Shown: positions 46,190 to 56,073, counted from the stretch's first letter. The stretch is DNA of 64,000 nt from Bacteroidales bacterium (GCA_035403165.1 DAONEP010000006.1:1496-65495); one strand, 5' to 3'. Made by a program: numbers and translations. The notes: generated by a model from the letters alone, not told the origin.

Positions 46190-48301
46190 ATGCATAACAA
46201 TTTCAAACAAACTGGTTTGTCGGTGCTTCTACACCCTGCAACATTAGCTTTGCCGGTAGCCCTGATTTTTATCCATATTCTTCCGGATGTTTACGACAAA
46301 TATACCATCCGGCTCGACCATGAAAAAATCCATCACGACGATTCAAGGTTCGAATACTACGATCTGGATCACGACGGCATTTCGGAATGTAATTATGTAG
46401 GCTGTAATGCTATCAGCGGGTCAGCCATAGTAGTCCACAATCAGTTGGGTATTGTTCATCATTGGGATTTTAAAGGGAAGTTTTTAACGGATAAGGACAG
46501 ATGCCTGGTTGGTGATTGCGACAATAACGGCAAAGATGAAATATATGCGTTTACCTATACGACGGATTCACTTTTACTTAATGGGATTGATTACCGGAAT
46601 CAGGGCCGGTTTATTATACATAACAAATTAATAATCAGGATAAAGCGATATAACAACGAGGTAGATTTTAATCTTAAACTCATTACCCTGACTGATTTGG
46701 ATGGAGATCGTTTTAAAGAACTTGTTTTTGCGACATCAACCGGTTACGGGGTGAAACCCAGACGGGTATATGCTTACGATATTAAGAGGGACAGCCTTTA
46801 CTCATCTCCCGAATTGGGAGGCCATATCGGTCCATTCGATGTTAAAGATATTAATGGCGACGGGTTTAAAGAAATTGCAGTGTCCAATTACGGTCCGGGC
46901 AACAATCACGATTTGACTGATAAAATGCCTGATACCTGCGCTTATGTTCTTGTGCTCAACAACAGCCTGAATTTCCTGTTCCCTCCTATCCCATTCCCGG
47001 GGAAATATAATGGAATCTATAGTCAATTTATCCGCGACGGGAATCGATACCTGTTGGCCACTTACTGGTCGCTTAACAGCCAGTTGCCAGGTAATCCTGA
47101 AATCAAAATATTCGATGCAAAAGGAAAAATGTTATATGAAAGGAAATTTCCTGTCCGGTCAAGATCACAGGAGAAGAATATAGAGGTTATTGAAACCAGG
47201 AAAGGCTGTGATAAGTTGTTGTTGATTCCTCATTATGGAAATCTATCGGCTTTCAACGTCCGGTTACATTCGGTCAGAATCCCTGAAGTCGGGAATGGAG
47301 AGCCCGGTCACATAAAATTTGATTTTGATCAGGATGGCCGGCAGGAACTATTACTCAAATCTGTGAAACCCGGCGAATGGATTATTCTCAGAAATTCGCT
47401 TAAAAATCCGGTAATGCTTAAAATGCAGGAATGTCAGCGTTTACCTGCTATTTTCCTGATCCTCAATAAGAGTGAAAAACCAAAATTCAGCCTGCAGCTT
47501 GATGAACACGAGTATGTATACAAGTATAGCTTCAACCCTCTTTATTATTGGAAATATCCCCTGTACACAGGCATCTATCTGAGTGTTTTCCTCTTTATCA
47601 TGCTTATCCGTTATATTCTTAAAATTCAGATAAAGAAAAAATATGAAGCAGAGAAGCGCTTAACCGAAATGCAGTTGAATGCCATCCACAGCCAGATGGA
47701 TTCCCATTTTACATTCAACGTAATAAATACGATCGGGTCGGCCATATTAAAAGAAAATAAGGGACCTGCATATATTTTGCTCACCCGTTTTTCAAATCTT
47801 CTGCGGTCAACGCTTGCCGATTCTGACAGTGTTACCCGTAAATTATCCGGAGAATTACTATTCGTGAGAAACTTTCTTGAAATTCAAAAAACTCGTTTCA
47901 AGAATGTGTTCGATTACGAGATTATAGAAGACAATCCGTCTGCCACCGATCAGTTGGTCCCAAAAGGTTGTATACAGACTTACGTGGAAAACTCCATCAA
48001 ACATGGGCTGAGTAACAGGAAGAGCGGCGGAAAGATTACTATAATAACAAAAGCGGCATCAGACAAATTGATAATAACCGTCGAAGATAACGGAATTGGC
48101 CGGGCTGCAACTCCTATCAGGAAAGAAGGCTCTACAGGCAATGGTATCAACCTGATGCATCAGTATTACGAAATTCTTAACAGGAATAACAGTGATAAGA
48201 TAACTGAAGAAATCATTGATCTATACGGCCCGGAAGGCAAACCTGCAGGAACGCGGGTCGTCATAACTATCCCCGGCGGATTTGATTTCGGTAAAAAATG
48301 A
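46190..48301 (+). CDS. LytS/YehU-type sensor histidine kinase with an N-terminal FG-GAP/VCBS-like repeat sensor domain
   Basis: Repeated DxDxDG-like motifs are DLDHDGISE, GDCDNNGKDEIY, DLDGDRFKELVF, DINGDGFKEIAV and FDFDQDGRQELL. One TM helix follows (LYTGIYLSVFLFIMLIRYIL). The His_kinase region reads LNAIHSQMDSHFTFNVIN, and an HATPase region follows. Confidence 0.85.
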   Translation: MHNNFKQTGLSVLLHPATLALPVALIFIHILPDVYDKYTIRLDHEKIHHDDSRFEYYDLDHDGISECNYVGCNAISGSAIVVHNQLGIVHHWDFKGKFLTDKDRCLVGDCDNNGKDEIYAFTYTTDSLLLNGIDYRNQGRFIIHNKLIIRIKRYNNEVDFNLKLITLTDLDGDRFKELVFATSTGYGVKPRRVYAYDIKRDSLYSSPELGGHIGPFDVKDINGDGFKEIAVSNYGPGNNHDLTDKMPDTCAYVLVLNNSLNFLFPPIPFPGKYNGIYSQFIRDGNRYLLATYWSLNSQLPGNPEIKIFDAKGKMLYERKFPVRSRSQEKNIEVIETRKGCDKLLLIPHYGNLSAFNVRLHSVRIPEVGNGEPGHIKFDFDQDGRQELLLKSVKPGEWIILRNSLKNPVMLKMQECQRLPAIFLILNKSEKPKFSLQLDEHEYVYKYSFNPLYYWKYPLYTGIYLSVFLFIMLIRYILKIQIKKKYEAEKRLTEMQLNAIHSQMDSHFTFNVINTIGSAILKENKGPAYILLTRFSNLLRSTLADSDSVTRKLSGELLFVRNFLEIQKTRFKNVFDYEIIEDNPSATDQLVPKGCIQTYVENSIKHGLSNRKSGGKITIITKAASDKLIITVEDNGIGRAATPIRKEGSTGNGINLMHQYYEILNRNNSDKITEEIIDLYGPEGKPAGTRVVITIPGGFDFGKK

Positions 48302-48346
48302 GTATTCAGAATTTACAACAGGTTGAACCTAAATAATATTTGTACC

Positions 48347-49099
48347 ATGAAACAGAGATATACCGCCATGATCGTCGATGACGAGCCTGAAGCCATTGCT
48401 TCGATGGAAATTCTCCTGGAAGGAATTGAAGATATTGAGGTTGTATGTTGCGCCACGGAGCCTGAAAAAGCGCTCACTTTATTCAGGCATTGGAAGCCCG
48501 ATTTGTTGTTTCTCGATATTCAAATGCCAGCTCTCAGCGGATTTGAAATTCTTGAAAGACTGTATTTGCTGCATTATGGTCCCTGCGTGATTTTTACCAC
48601 CGCGTATGATAAGTACGCTCTGCAGGCTATCAAGGCAGGGGCTTTCGATTACCTGCTCAAACCGGTTGATATGGATGAGCTTAGAAAGACCGTGACAAAG
48701 GCAGTGGAAAAATGCAAAGCATTCAACATTGAACAAAGGCTTTCTGACCTAGAAAAAGCTGTACAGAACCACCGAAAGCTGCGCTTTAATACCCGAAGTG
48801 GTTTCATCCTCATCCATCCGGATGAAATTTTCTATATCGAAGCAGATGCAAACTATTCTGAAATATTTTTATCGAAAGAGAATTGCGAGGTGGTATCAAT
48901 GAATATTGGTACTGTTGAAGAAATATTGCCAAAACAATTTATTCGAATAAATCGTTCCGTGATAATTAATTCCCACTATTTAACTAAAGTATCGGGTGTC
49001 AATAAAAACTGTACGCTTAAAAAAGACGAAGATGAAATAACTTTAAGTGTTCCCGATAAGCAGATGCCGGACTTGAAAAGACGGTTTGGAGAACGCTGA
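48347..49099 (+). CDS. LytTR-family response regulator
   Basis: The receiver domain reads MIVDDEPEA...LLFLDIQMP. The C-terminal LytTR domain reads FYIEADANYSEIF...FIRINRSVIIN. I chose the ATG at 48347; the track uses the TTG at 48323. Confidence 0.9.
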   Translation: MKQRYTAMIVDDEPEAIASMEILLEGIEDIEVVCCATEPEKALTLFRHWKPDLLFLDIQMPALSGFEILERLYLLHYGPCVIFTTAYDKYALQAIKAGAFDYLLKPVDMDELRKTVTKAVEKCKAFNIEQRLSDLEKAVQNHRKLRFNTRSGFILIHPDEIFYIEADANYSEIFLSKENCEVVSMNIGTVEEILPKQFIRINRSVIINSHYLTKVSGVNKNCTLKKDEDEITLSVPDKQMPDLKRRFGER

Positions 49100-49233
49100 C
49101 ATCATGATTTACACTATTCTTAATAAAATGGATCACAGCTTCATGTGGTATTTAAGTTCCTTCATACAACAAATGCCTCATTTTTAAAGCAAGGAATCGA
49201 TCAAAACTATTTTTGATTCGCAAACCTTTAAAG

Positions 49234-52200
49234 ATGATAGCTATGAAAACAAGAATTTTTATCTACTTGATTGTGCTAGTAATTAGCATCATCAATAAAG
49301 AATCAAAAGCATTGAATGTATCATCTCCCATTGCAACATATACGATTGCTGATTGTTTATGGGCAGATAATATTGACATGGATGGAGATGGGTACACCCG
49401 GTCAAGGACTTTATGCACGGATGTTAATGTAAATGACGGGGCAATACACAGTATCTATTTGAAAATATACTGTAAGATTGCTAGTGCCACGTCTTATACG
49501 CTGTATTATACGACGTCGAATTATAATATTACCGGAACCTCATCCGGGGATTTTAATTTCGTTACGATAGGTTTACCCAATATCGAACTGGACCAGAATA
49601 CATATGATTTTAAAGTAGCGGCATATGAAGCTGGAGGTACGACTGTTGTAGCTTCAAAAGATGCGACCACTGACATTGACCTGAATGATCAGGATTTCGA
49701 AACAGCAGTTCAGGATCCGGAAATATATGATTGTATTCCTGATGTTGAGTATATTCAAATAAATGGAACTGATGTTCCTTTCAGTAGTACGGTGGATTTA
49801 ACATTAAATAGTCTGAATGATTCTTTCCTCATTAGGTTACGTGGCGAAAACGATGGTACCGATATGGCCCCTGCCAATTTAAGTAACCTCACTATCTCCT
49901 TTCAGCAATTCACTTCTTCAGCCGACAAGAATCTTATCACAATTAACTCTTCTACCAATTCTGATCTGACTATGACTAAGTATTTTGGCTCCGAGGCAAC
50001 CGGAGGAGATGGTTATGCAGATTATGTTATGGTCGAAGGCACTGACAACAATGGTTGGGACCCGAATGAAAGCAACAATATTTATCTGAATGTAAAACCC
50101 AAAGACTGGGGCCAATTTCCTATTGAGTTCAGGATGGGTCTGCCCACTGATAATTCCTGGGCAAATTTCTTGCATGACCCTAATGGAGGTTATTGTCCAT
50201 CATGTAATGAATCCACCATTGGTATAGACCCAATTAAATTTGTGAGTTACTGGATTGTTCTGAACATCAATCAACCAATTACAAATTATACGATTACAAC
50301 CTCTCCTAATCCACCTGAAGGCGGCTCTACATCAGGAGATGGAACTTATCCTAATGGCTCAACCTGCACGGTTACAGCAGAACCAAATAACTGCTACCAG
50401 TTTGTTAATTGGACTGAGAATGGCAATGTGGTTTCAAACTCTGCATTATACTCGTTTACCGTTAATGGTAACCGAAACCTGGTTGCCAATTTTTCAACTA
50501 TTAACTATACCATTAATACTTCATCGAATCCTCCTGCCGGAGGTTCCACGAGCGGTGGGGGCACAAAGCAATGTGGCTCAACCTGCACGGTTACAGCAGA
50601 ACCAAATAACTGCTACCAGTTTGTTAATTGGACTGAGAATGGCAATGTGGTTTCAAACTCTGCATTATACTCGTTTACCGTTAATGGTAACCGAAACCTG
50701 GTTGCCAATTTTTCAACTATTAACTATACCATTAATACTTCATCGAATCCTCCTGCCGGAGGTTCCACGAGCGGTGGGGGCACAAAGCAATGTGGCTCAA
50801 CCTGCACGGTTACTGCTACACCAAACAACTGTTACCAGTTTAATAATTGGACCGAAAATGGCACTGTAGTTTCAACATCTGCATCCTACCAGTTTACAGT
50901 CAATGGAGACCGTAACCTTGTTGCTAACTTTTCCATCATCAATTACACAATAACCACTTCTGCAAATCCGACAGCCGGTGGCTTAACAAATGGCGGCGGC
51001 TCTTTTGCCTGTGGTTCAACCTGCACATTAATAGCTAGTCCTAATACCTGTTACCAGTTCGTTAGCTGGACTGAAAACGGTAATGTGGTTTCCAACTCGG
51101 CAACATATTCATTTACAGTTAACAGCAATCGCAACCTTGTGGCTAACTTTTCCATTACCAGTTACACCATAACCACTTCATCTAATCCAGCAGCCGGTGG
51201 CTTAACAAGTGGCGGCGGCTCTTTTGCCTGTGGTTCAACCTGCACCGTAATAGCTACACCTTCTACTTGTTATGAGTTTGTCAATTGGACAGAAAACGGC
51301 AATGTGGTTTCCACATCTTCCACATATTCCTTCACAGTAATTAGTAATAGAAATCTTGTCGCTAACTTTTCCATTATCAGTTACACCATAACCACTTCAT
51401 CTAATCCAGCAACCGGTGGCTTAACAAGTGGCGGCGGCTCTTTTGCCTGTGGTTCAACCTGCACCGTAATAGCTACACCTTCTACTTGTTATGAGTTTGT
51501 CAATTGGACAGAAAACGGCAATGTGGTTTCCACATCTTCCACATATTCCTTCACGGTAATTAGTAATAGAAATCTTGTCGCTAACTTTTCAATACTCTAT
51601 CCCACAATTAATACTTCATCCAACCCATCAGCCGGTGGCTTAACAAGTGGATGTGGTTCAACGCCTTGTGGCTCTACGTGTTGTGTAACAGCCACACCCA
51701 ATACTTGTTACCAGTTTGTCAATTGGACTGAGAATGGTAATGTGGTTTCCACCTCTGCTTCTTATTGTTTTACATTAAATTGTAACAGAAATCTTGTTGC
51801 AAACTTTTCTATAATCCAGTATTCTATCACTACCTCCTCATACCCCGATGAAGGTGGTACGACTTCAGGAGGCGGAATAAAAGATTGTGGATTAAAGTGT
51901 ACCGTCACAGCTACGCCAACTTATCTATATCAACTTACATGCTGGACGGAGAACGGTGTGATTGTCACAGATAGTTTATCATTTACTTTTACGGTGAATT
52001 CTGATAGGAATTTGGTAGCCAACTATATTTCTACAGGCATCGATTTAAAATTAAAAAATAATCCGGTCACGGTTGTTCCTAATCCATTCATGTCAAGTAC
52101 CCAAATAGTATTAGATTTGACGAATGGTGCTGAGGTGACACAGTATCTCAAAGATGCAGTTGGCAGAACAGTTGGGATTGTTAGATACAGAGATATTTTA

Positions 52201-52329
52201 TCTTCCGGTAAAGACAATTTCAGGCTTGAGACTGGCAACTTATCCGCTGGCATCTACTATCTTGAAACAATAATCGACAGAGTGCGCTTTGTAAACAAAC
52301 TAATTAAAACTGAGTCAATAAGCTATTAA
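49234..52329 (+). CDS. Secreted repeat protein with eight 73-aa Listeria-Bacteroides/InlB-B-like repeats and a T9SS C-terminal sorting domain
   Basis: It has a signal peptide. The repeat unit reads YTI.TSSNP.AGG.TSGGG...CGSTCTVTA.PN.CYQFVNWTENGNVVS.S..YSFTV...RNLVANFS. The C-terminus reads VVPNPFMSSTQIVLDL...LSAGIYYLETI...KLIK. Confidence 0.85.
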   Translation: MIAMKTRIFIYLIVLVISIINKESKALNVSSPIATYTIADCLWADNIDMDGDGYTRSRTLCTDVNVNDGAIHSIYLKIYCKIASATSYTLYYTTSNYNITGTSSGDFNFVTIGLPNIELDQNTYDFKVAAYEAGGTTVVASKDATTDIDLNDQDFETAVQDPEIYDCIPDVEYIQINGTDVPFSSTVDLTLNSLNDSFLIRLRGENDGTDMAPANLSNLTISFQQFTSSADKNLITINSSTNSDLTMTKYFGSEATGGDGYADYVMVEGTDNNGWDPNESNNIYLNVKPKDWGQFPIEFRMGLPTDNSWANFLHDPNGGYCPSCNESTIGIDPIKFVSYWIVLNINQPITNYTITTSPNPPEGGSTSGDGTYPNGSTCTVTAEPNNCYQFVNWTENGNVVSNSALYSFTVNGNRNLVANFSTINYTINTSSNPPAGGSTSGGGTKQCGSTCTVTAEPNNCYQFVNWTENGNVVSNSALYSFTVNGNRNLVANFSTINYTINTSSNPPAGGSTSGGGTKQCGSTCTVTATPNNCYQFNNWTENGTVVSTSASYQFTVNGDRNLVANFSIINYTITTSANPTAGGLTNGGGSFACGSTCTLIASPNTCYQFVSWTENGNVVSNSATYSFTVNSNRNLVANFSITSYTITTSSNPAAGGLTSGGGSFACGSTCTVIATPSTCYEFVNWTENGNVVSTSSTYSFTVISNRNLVANFSIISYTITTSSNPATGGLTSGGGSFACGSTCTVIATPSTCYEFVNWTENGNVVSTSSTYSFTVISNRNLVANFSILYPTINTSSNPSAGGLTSGCGSTPCGSTCCVTATPNTCYQFVNWTENGNVVSTSASYCFTLNCNRNLVANFSIIQYSITTSSYPDEGGTTSGGGIKDCGLKCTVTATPTYLYQLTCWTENGVIVTDSLSFTFTVNSDRNLVANYISTGIDLKLKNNPVTVVPNPFMSSTQIVLDLTNGAEVTQYLKDAVGRTVGIVRYRDILSSGKDNFRLETGNLSAGIYYLETIIDRVRFVNKLIKTESISY
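50278..52030 (+). repeat. Tandem array of 8 x 219 bp inside the T9SS protein gene
   Basis: The motif ggctcaacctgcacggtta recurs at 50356, 50575 and 50794, giving a 219-bp period. Copies 1/2 appear identical over about 240 bp. Copies 5/6 (about 51157 and 51376) are nearly identical. Confidence 0.9.
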
Positions 52330-52349
52330 TTAAGGTTGCAGGCTCAGTA

Positions 52350-52382
52350 TGGACGCTTCGTTATGACGGACGGAGCGTCCAT
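52350..52382 (+). terminator. Possible terminator hairpin after the T9SS repeat gene
   Basis: ggacgcttcg-ttatgacgga-cggagcgtcc has one mismatch and a weak T tail. Confidence 0.35.
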
Positions 52383-52542
52383 TTAATCTCGAGCATATTT
52401 ATTTTCTAATTCATTCCATCATTCGCTTGAACTGAATATTCCTGGCAAACCAGGCCAGTGATTCCCTGCCAAAGGCAGGCAGGCGGAGTAAAGTAGGCCA
52501 CTTAGCAATTAACGGTGGGAGTGCAAAAAATAGCTCTTTTCT

Positions 52543-52650
52543 TTATTGAGTTTTCTTTCTGAGAGATTCCCTTTTGAGTTCAATCCGATGGTTCTAACCT
52601 TCCAATCTTTCCACTATTGCATCGGGGAGGGTGGGTTTATCCGGTTATTA
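52543..52650 (-). pseudogene. Remnant of an IS21-family istB (helper ATPase) C-terminus
   Basis: The minus-strand translation is PDKPTLPDAIVERLEG*NHRIELKRESLRKKTQ*. The IstB C-terminal consensus as I remember it is ..PT.ADAILDRL.HNAHRIELKGES.RK. There is an in-frame stop, and the frame is broken further upstream. Confidence 0.5.
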
Positions 52651-52980
52651 GTATCATGATTTTACGGGGAGTTTTGTAAGCAAACGTTGATAAGCATCCT
52701 TTATGTCGTCTGCATGCTGCGTACAGGAATTGTTTGTCCGTTTTGTATAAAAAATGAGCCGGTCCAGTTGAGCAGAACCCTGTTAAATAATTCGGGTATG
52801 TTTGGTTCCGCTTGCCGCTGGCAGGGTATGGTGGCTTGTTTTTGTCCAGAATATTCACAAAAACGGAAGAATAGAATTAATTTTCGTTGTTTCCAAACAA
52901 CACTTTTCAGGTTATGCTGTTGTGACAAAACAACAGATGATCCTCTATAAATCATGAAACTAAAACAATGGATTAGACTA

Positions 52981-53165
52981 TTACGAATACAGAACCGGTA
53001 TAGGATTCAGGGGGGCATATCTTACCCCCTTGGCTTTCATCATTTATTATTAAACTCCGACATGGTCTTTGCCGTTCCTGCCAGAATAAAGCTCTTTACC
53101 ATTTCTACCGCCGTATTGATGCGGGGAATGAGGATTTTTTCCTCCGAAGAACTCCAGCGGCCCAG
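52981..53165 (-). repeat. Repeat copy B: the 3' end and downstream flank of the intact pth gene
   Basis: It is the partner of 45697-45895, in the same orientation. Confidence 0.8.
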
Positions 53166-53609
53166 CACATACTCCACCTGGAATCCCCTGGCATAATCCT
53201 TTCCGATCCCCACCCGAAGCCTGGGAAAATCGGTCGTCCCCAAGGTTTCGATGATATGGTTCAGCCCGTTATGGCTGCCGCCGCTGCCCCTGGCGCGCAT
53301 ACGCAATGTTCCGAGGTCCAGGTCCACATCATCGGCGATCACCAGGATGTTCCCCGGTTCGATTCCTTCCTTTTCCATCCAGTATTTCACGGCTTTGCCG
53401 CTCAGGTTCATGTAGGTTGTCGGCTTGATGATGAACAGTTGTTTGTTCTTCAGCCTGGCTTCGGTCACCGAAGCGTGGCGCCCGATGGTAAATTTCACGC
53501 CCAGGTCGGCAGCCAGTGCATCGGCAACGATAAACCCGATGTTATGACGCGTATTTGCATATTCGTCGCCGATATTGCCAAGTCCGGTAATCAGGTATTT
53601 TTCAGGCAT
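53040..53609 (-). CDS. pth: Peptidyl-tRNA hydrolase
   Basis: KYLITGLGNIGDEYANTRHNIGF and GGSHNGLNHI match the family. I chose the start at Met29 of the track ORF. Confidence 0.9.
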   Translation of the reverse strand: MPEKYLITGLGNIGDEYANTRHNIGFIVADALAADLGVKFTIGRHASVTEARLKNKQLFIIKPTTYMNLSGKAVKYWMEKEGIEPGNILVIADDVDLDLGTLRMRARGSGGSHNGLNHIIETLGTTDFPRLRVGIGKDYARGFQVEYVLGRWSSSEEKILIPRINTAVEMVKSFILAGTAKTMSEFNNK

Positions 53610-53762
53610 CGATGATATTTTCTGTATTTCGAACCACGAATTTACATGAATAGGGAGAATGCCGGTTTTTATTCGCGGCATTATTTCGTGCATTGCCTAT
53701 AAATGATAACAGGCGCAAAGTGGTTCACCCTGCGCCTGCCATTTAAAAAACTTCTGCTTTGT

Positions 53763-54338
53763 TTACTGTTTTTCCGGCTCGGGAGTACCTTCAACAGCAC
53801 GTGTCGAAGCAATAGAAACAACAGTACTGGTAGCAATATCAAGCATCTGAACATGATCTATTTTGATATCTCCAACCTTGATCATATCATTGATGTCCAG
53901 TTCGGTGATGTCGATCAGTATTTCGTCGGGCAGATGCTCAGGAAGCGCTTTTACTTTCAGTTTGCGGAATTTCTTTACCATCCTGCCGCCGCGAAGGACA
54001 CCTTTCGAGCTGCCCTGGATACGGATAGGCAGTGATACAACGATCGGTTTGCCGGCAATGAGTTCCAGAAAATCGACATGGAGGATTTCATCCGTAACCG
54101 GATGATACTGAACCTCTTTAAGGATCGTTTTGTACTGCTGTTTGTCAACAGTGAGGTTGATCAGATGAATGTACGGGGTAAAAATGACCGGTCCGAAGTC
54201 TTTTTCGTCAACAACGAAATGAACTTCTTCCTTTCCACCGTACAACACGCAGGGGATCTTGCCGTCGGCCCTGTTTTTGCGTGCATCCTTTTTCCCTACG
54301 TTCTCGCGAAGAGAACCGCTCATGGATACAGTTTTCAT
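53763..54338 (-). CDS. rplY: 50S ribosomal protein L25 / general stress protein Ctc
   Basis: GKKDARKNRADGKIPCVLYGG...VQYHPVTDEILHVDF matches the family. It sits in the classic pth-ctc-prs neighbourhood. Confidence 0.9.
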   Translation of the reverse strand: MKTVSMSGSLRENVGKKDARKNRADGKIPCVLYGGKEEVHFVVDEKDFGPVIFTPYIHLINLTVDKQQYKTILKEVQYHPVTDEILHVDFLELIAGKPIVVSLPIRIQGSSKGVLRGGRMVKKFRKLKVKALPEHLPDEILIDITELDINDMIKVGDIKIDHVQMLDIATSTVVSIASTRAVEGTPEPEKQ

Positions 54339-54361
54339 GTTGTGTAATTGTTGGTTTTTAA

Positions 54362-55294
54362 TTATTTGAATTGAAACAATGAGGAGATGGATTCAAAATT
54401 CTCCACTCTTTTTATTACGTCGGCCAATAAATCGGCCGTGGTAAGCACTTTAATCTTTGAACTGGGACGTTTCAGCGGAATGGTATCCGTTACAATAATT
54501 TCATCGAAAGCTGAATTTTCGAGACGGTCGTAAGCATTTCCCGAAAGTATCGGGTGCGTGGCCATGCAACGCACACTGGCTGCACCGTTGTCGACCATAA
54601 TCTGCGCTGCTTTGGTAATGGTGCCGCCGGTATCGATAATATCATCGAGCAGGATAACATCTTTCCCTTTCACGTCGCCGATAAGTTGCATGGTTTCGAC
54701 CAGGTTGGCTTTTAACCGCTGTTTATAGCAGATCACAAACGAAGCATCCATGGCCTTGGCATAAGCGGCAGCCCTGCGTGTTCCGCCGGTATCGGGTGAA
54801 GCAAAAACCAGGTTGGGGAGGTTCATGCTCTTGATATAAGGCAGGAATATTGAAGAGGCATACAGGTGGTCAACCGGTAAATCGAAGAAGCCCTGTATCT
54901 GGTCGGCATGGAGATCAATGGTGATAATCCTGTTAACCCCTGCCGCGGTGATCAGGTTGGCAATCAGTTTGGCTGTAATCGGCACACGGGGCTTATCTTT
55001 GCGGTCCTGACGGGCAAACCCGAAGTAAGGCATAACGGCAATGATTTGCCTCGCTGAGGCGCGTTTGGCCGCATCCACCAGCATCAGCAACTCAAAAAGG
55101 TTTTCGGCAGGCGGAAAAGTGGACTGGACAATGAACACATCACGGCCGCGCAGATTTTCCTCGAATGAAGTGTTGAATTCGCCATCGCTGAATACAGTAA
55201 CCTGCACTTCACCTAACGGCTGGCTGTATGAAAAAGCTATTTTTTCTGCCAGGTAACGGGTAGCCCTGCCTGAAAATATTTTAATTTGTGCCAT
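54362..55294 (-). CDS. prs: Ribose-phosphate pyrophosphokinase
   Basis: MAQIKIFSGRATRYLAEKIA, YFGFARQDRK and DDIIDTGGT match the family. I chose the start at Met71 of the track ORF. Confidence 0.9.
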   Translation of the reverse strand: MAQIKIFSGRATRYLAEKIAFSYSQPLGEVQVTVFSDGEFNTSFEENLRGRDVFIVQSTFPPAENLFELLMLVDAAKRASARQIIAVMPYFGFARQDRKDKPRVPITAKLIANLITAAGVNRIITIDLHADQIQGFFDLPVDHLYASSIFLPYIKSMNLPNLVFASPDTGGTRRAAAYAKAMDASFVICYKQRLKANLVETMQLIGDVKGKDVILLDDIIDTGGTITKAAQIMVDNGAASVRCMATHPILSGNAYDRLENSAFDEIIVTDTIPLKRPSSKIKVLTTADLLADVIKRVENFESISSLFQFK

Positions 55295-55527
55295 GATGGA
55301 ATTGTTTTCACCAAACCGTTGCAAAATTAGAAATTTTTCGAAACCCGGCAACGTTTTCTGTTCAGCCATCATGGAAAAGCAGTCAGAAATAAGCAGGAAA
55401 GACCAGCGCCCCGGACAAAAAACTGTTTCCGGTTCCCTTATCTCTCTGATAAAGTTAACGGATAAGCCGACCTGCTTAATGAAATGCCGGATAACTGCCG
55501 GCATTCGTAAAAGAATGCCTGTGTGGA

Positions 55528-56073
55528 TTAGTCCAACAATTTTTTACTCAGCCGCCTGACCAAAAAAACGATCAATCCTAAAATCGAAACGACAATAATC
55601 ACATACCAGATTATGTGATCAAGAAATACAAAATACCGGTGAATGACCTTCCCCAGGGAAAAGCCCAGCAGGCTGAATGCCGAAACCCAAACCAGAATTG
55701 CCATTACACTGTACAGCATGAATTTCCTGGTCGTGATGCTGCTTACCCCCAGCATCATAAGCGTCACGACCCTGAACCCATACATAAACCTGTATAAGAA
55801 CGACATCAACCGCGGATTGCGCTCCAGCCTGACGGGTGACTTCTGCATTCTGCGCTGAAGGGAAGGGAACCTTTTCAGGAAATGCCCGCCTAAAAACCTG
55901 GTGCTGAAGAACACGCCCCAGTCTACCATCAGCGTACCTGTGAAGGCAACCAGAAACAGGATCCAAAATTCCAGGTGTGCATTCTGCGCTGCAATGCAGG
56001 CCGACAACAAGGCTATTTCCCCTTCCATTGAGACGCCTGCAAATACAGCCAAATATGCGTAAACTGAATTCAT
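55528..56073 (-). CDS. DedA/VTT-family membrane protein
   Basis: 181 aa and polytopic. FAGVSMEGEIALLSA and the RFMYGFRVV region are DedA-like. Confidence 0.75.
   Translation of the reverse strand: MNSVYAYLAVFAGVSMEGEIALLSACIAAQNAHLEFWILFLVAFTGTLMVDWGVFFSTRFLGGHFLKRFPSLQRRMQKSPVRLERNPRLMSFLYRFMYGFRVVTLMMLGVSSITTRKFMLYSVMAILVWVSAFSLLGFSLGKVIHRYFVFLDHIIWYVIIVVSILGLIVFLVRRLSKKLLD

Noticed and set aside
50339-50869. 176-aa alternative-frame ORF with an internally duplicated sequence
   Set aside because: It is an out-of-frame reading of the 219-bp tandem repeats of the T9SS protein gene. The duplication simply mirrors the DNA repeat.
50278-52030. Possible CRISPR array (regular repeats)
   Set aside because: The repeats are 219 bp, contiguous with no unique spacers, and lie in frame within a coding sequence. 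The CACGAAT repeats at 56.4 kb have only two copies. Neither is CRISPR-like, and there are no cas genes.
52637-52955. Small ORFs (73-87 aa) in the 52.4-53.0 kb gap
   Set aside because: They lie in the decayed IS21 istB remnant region, in multiple broken frames, and none looks like an intact gene.
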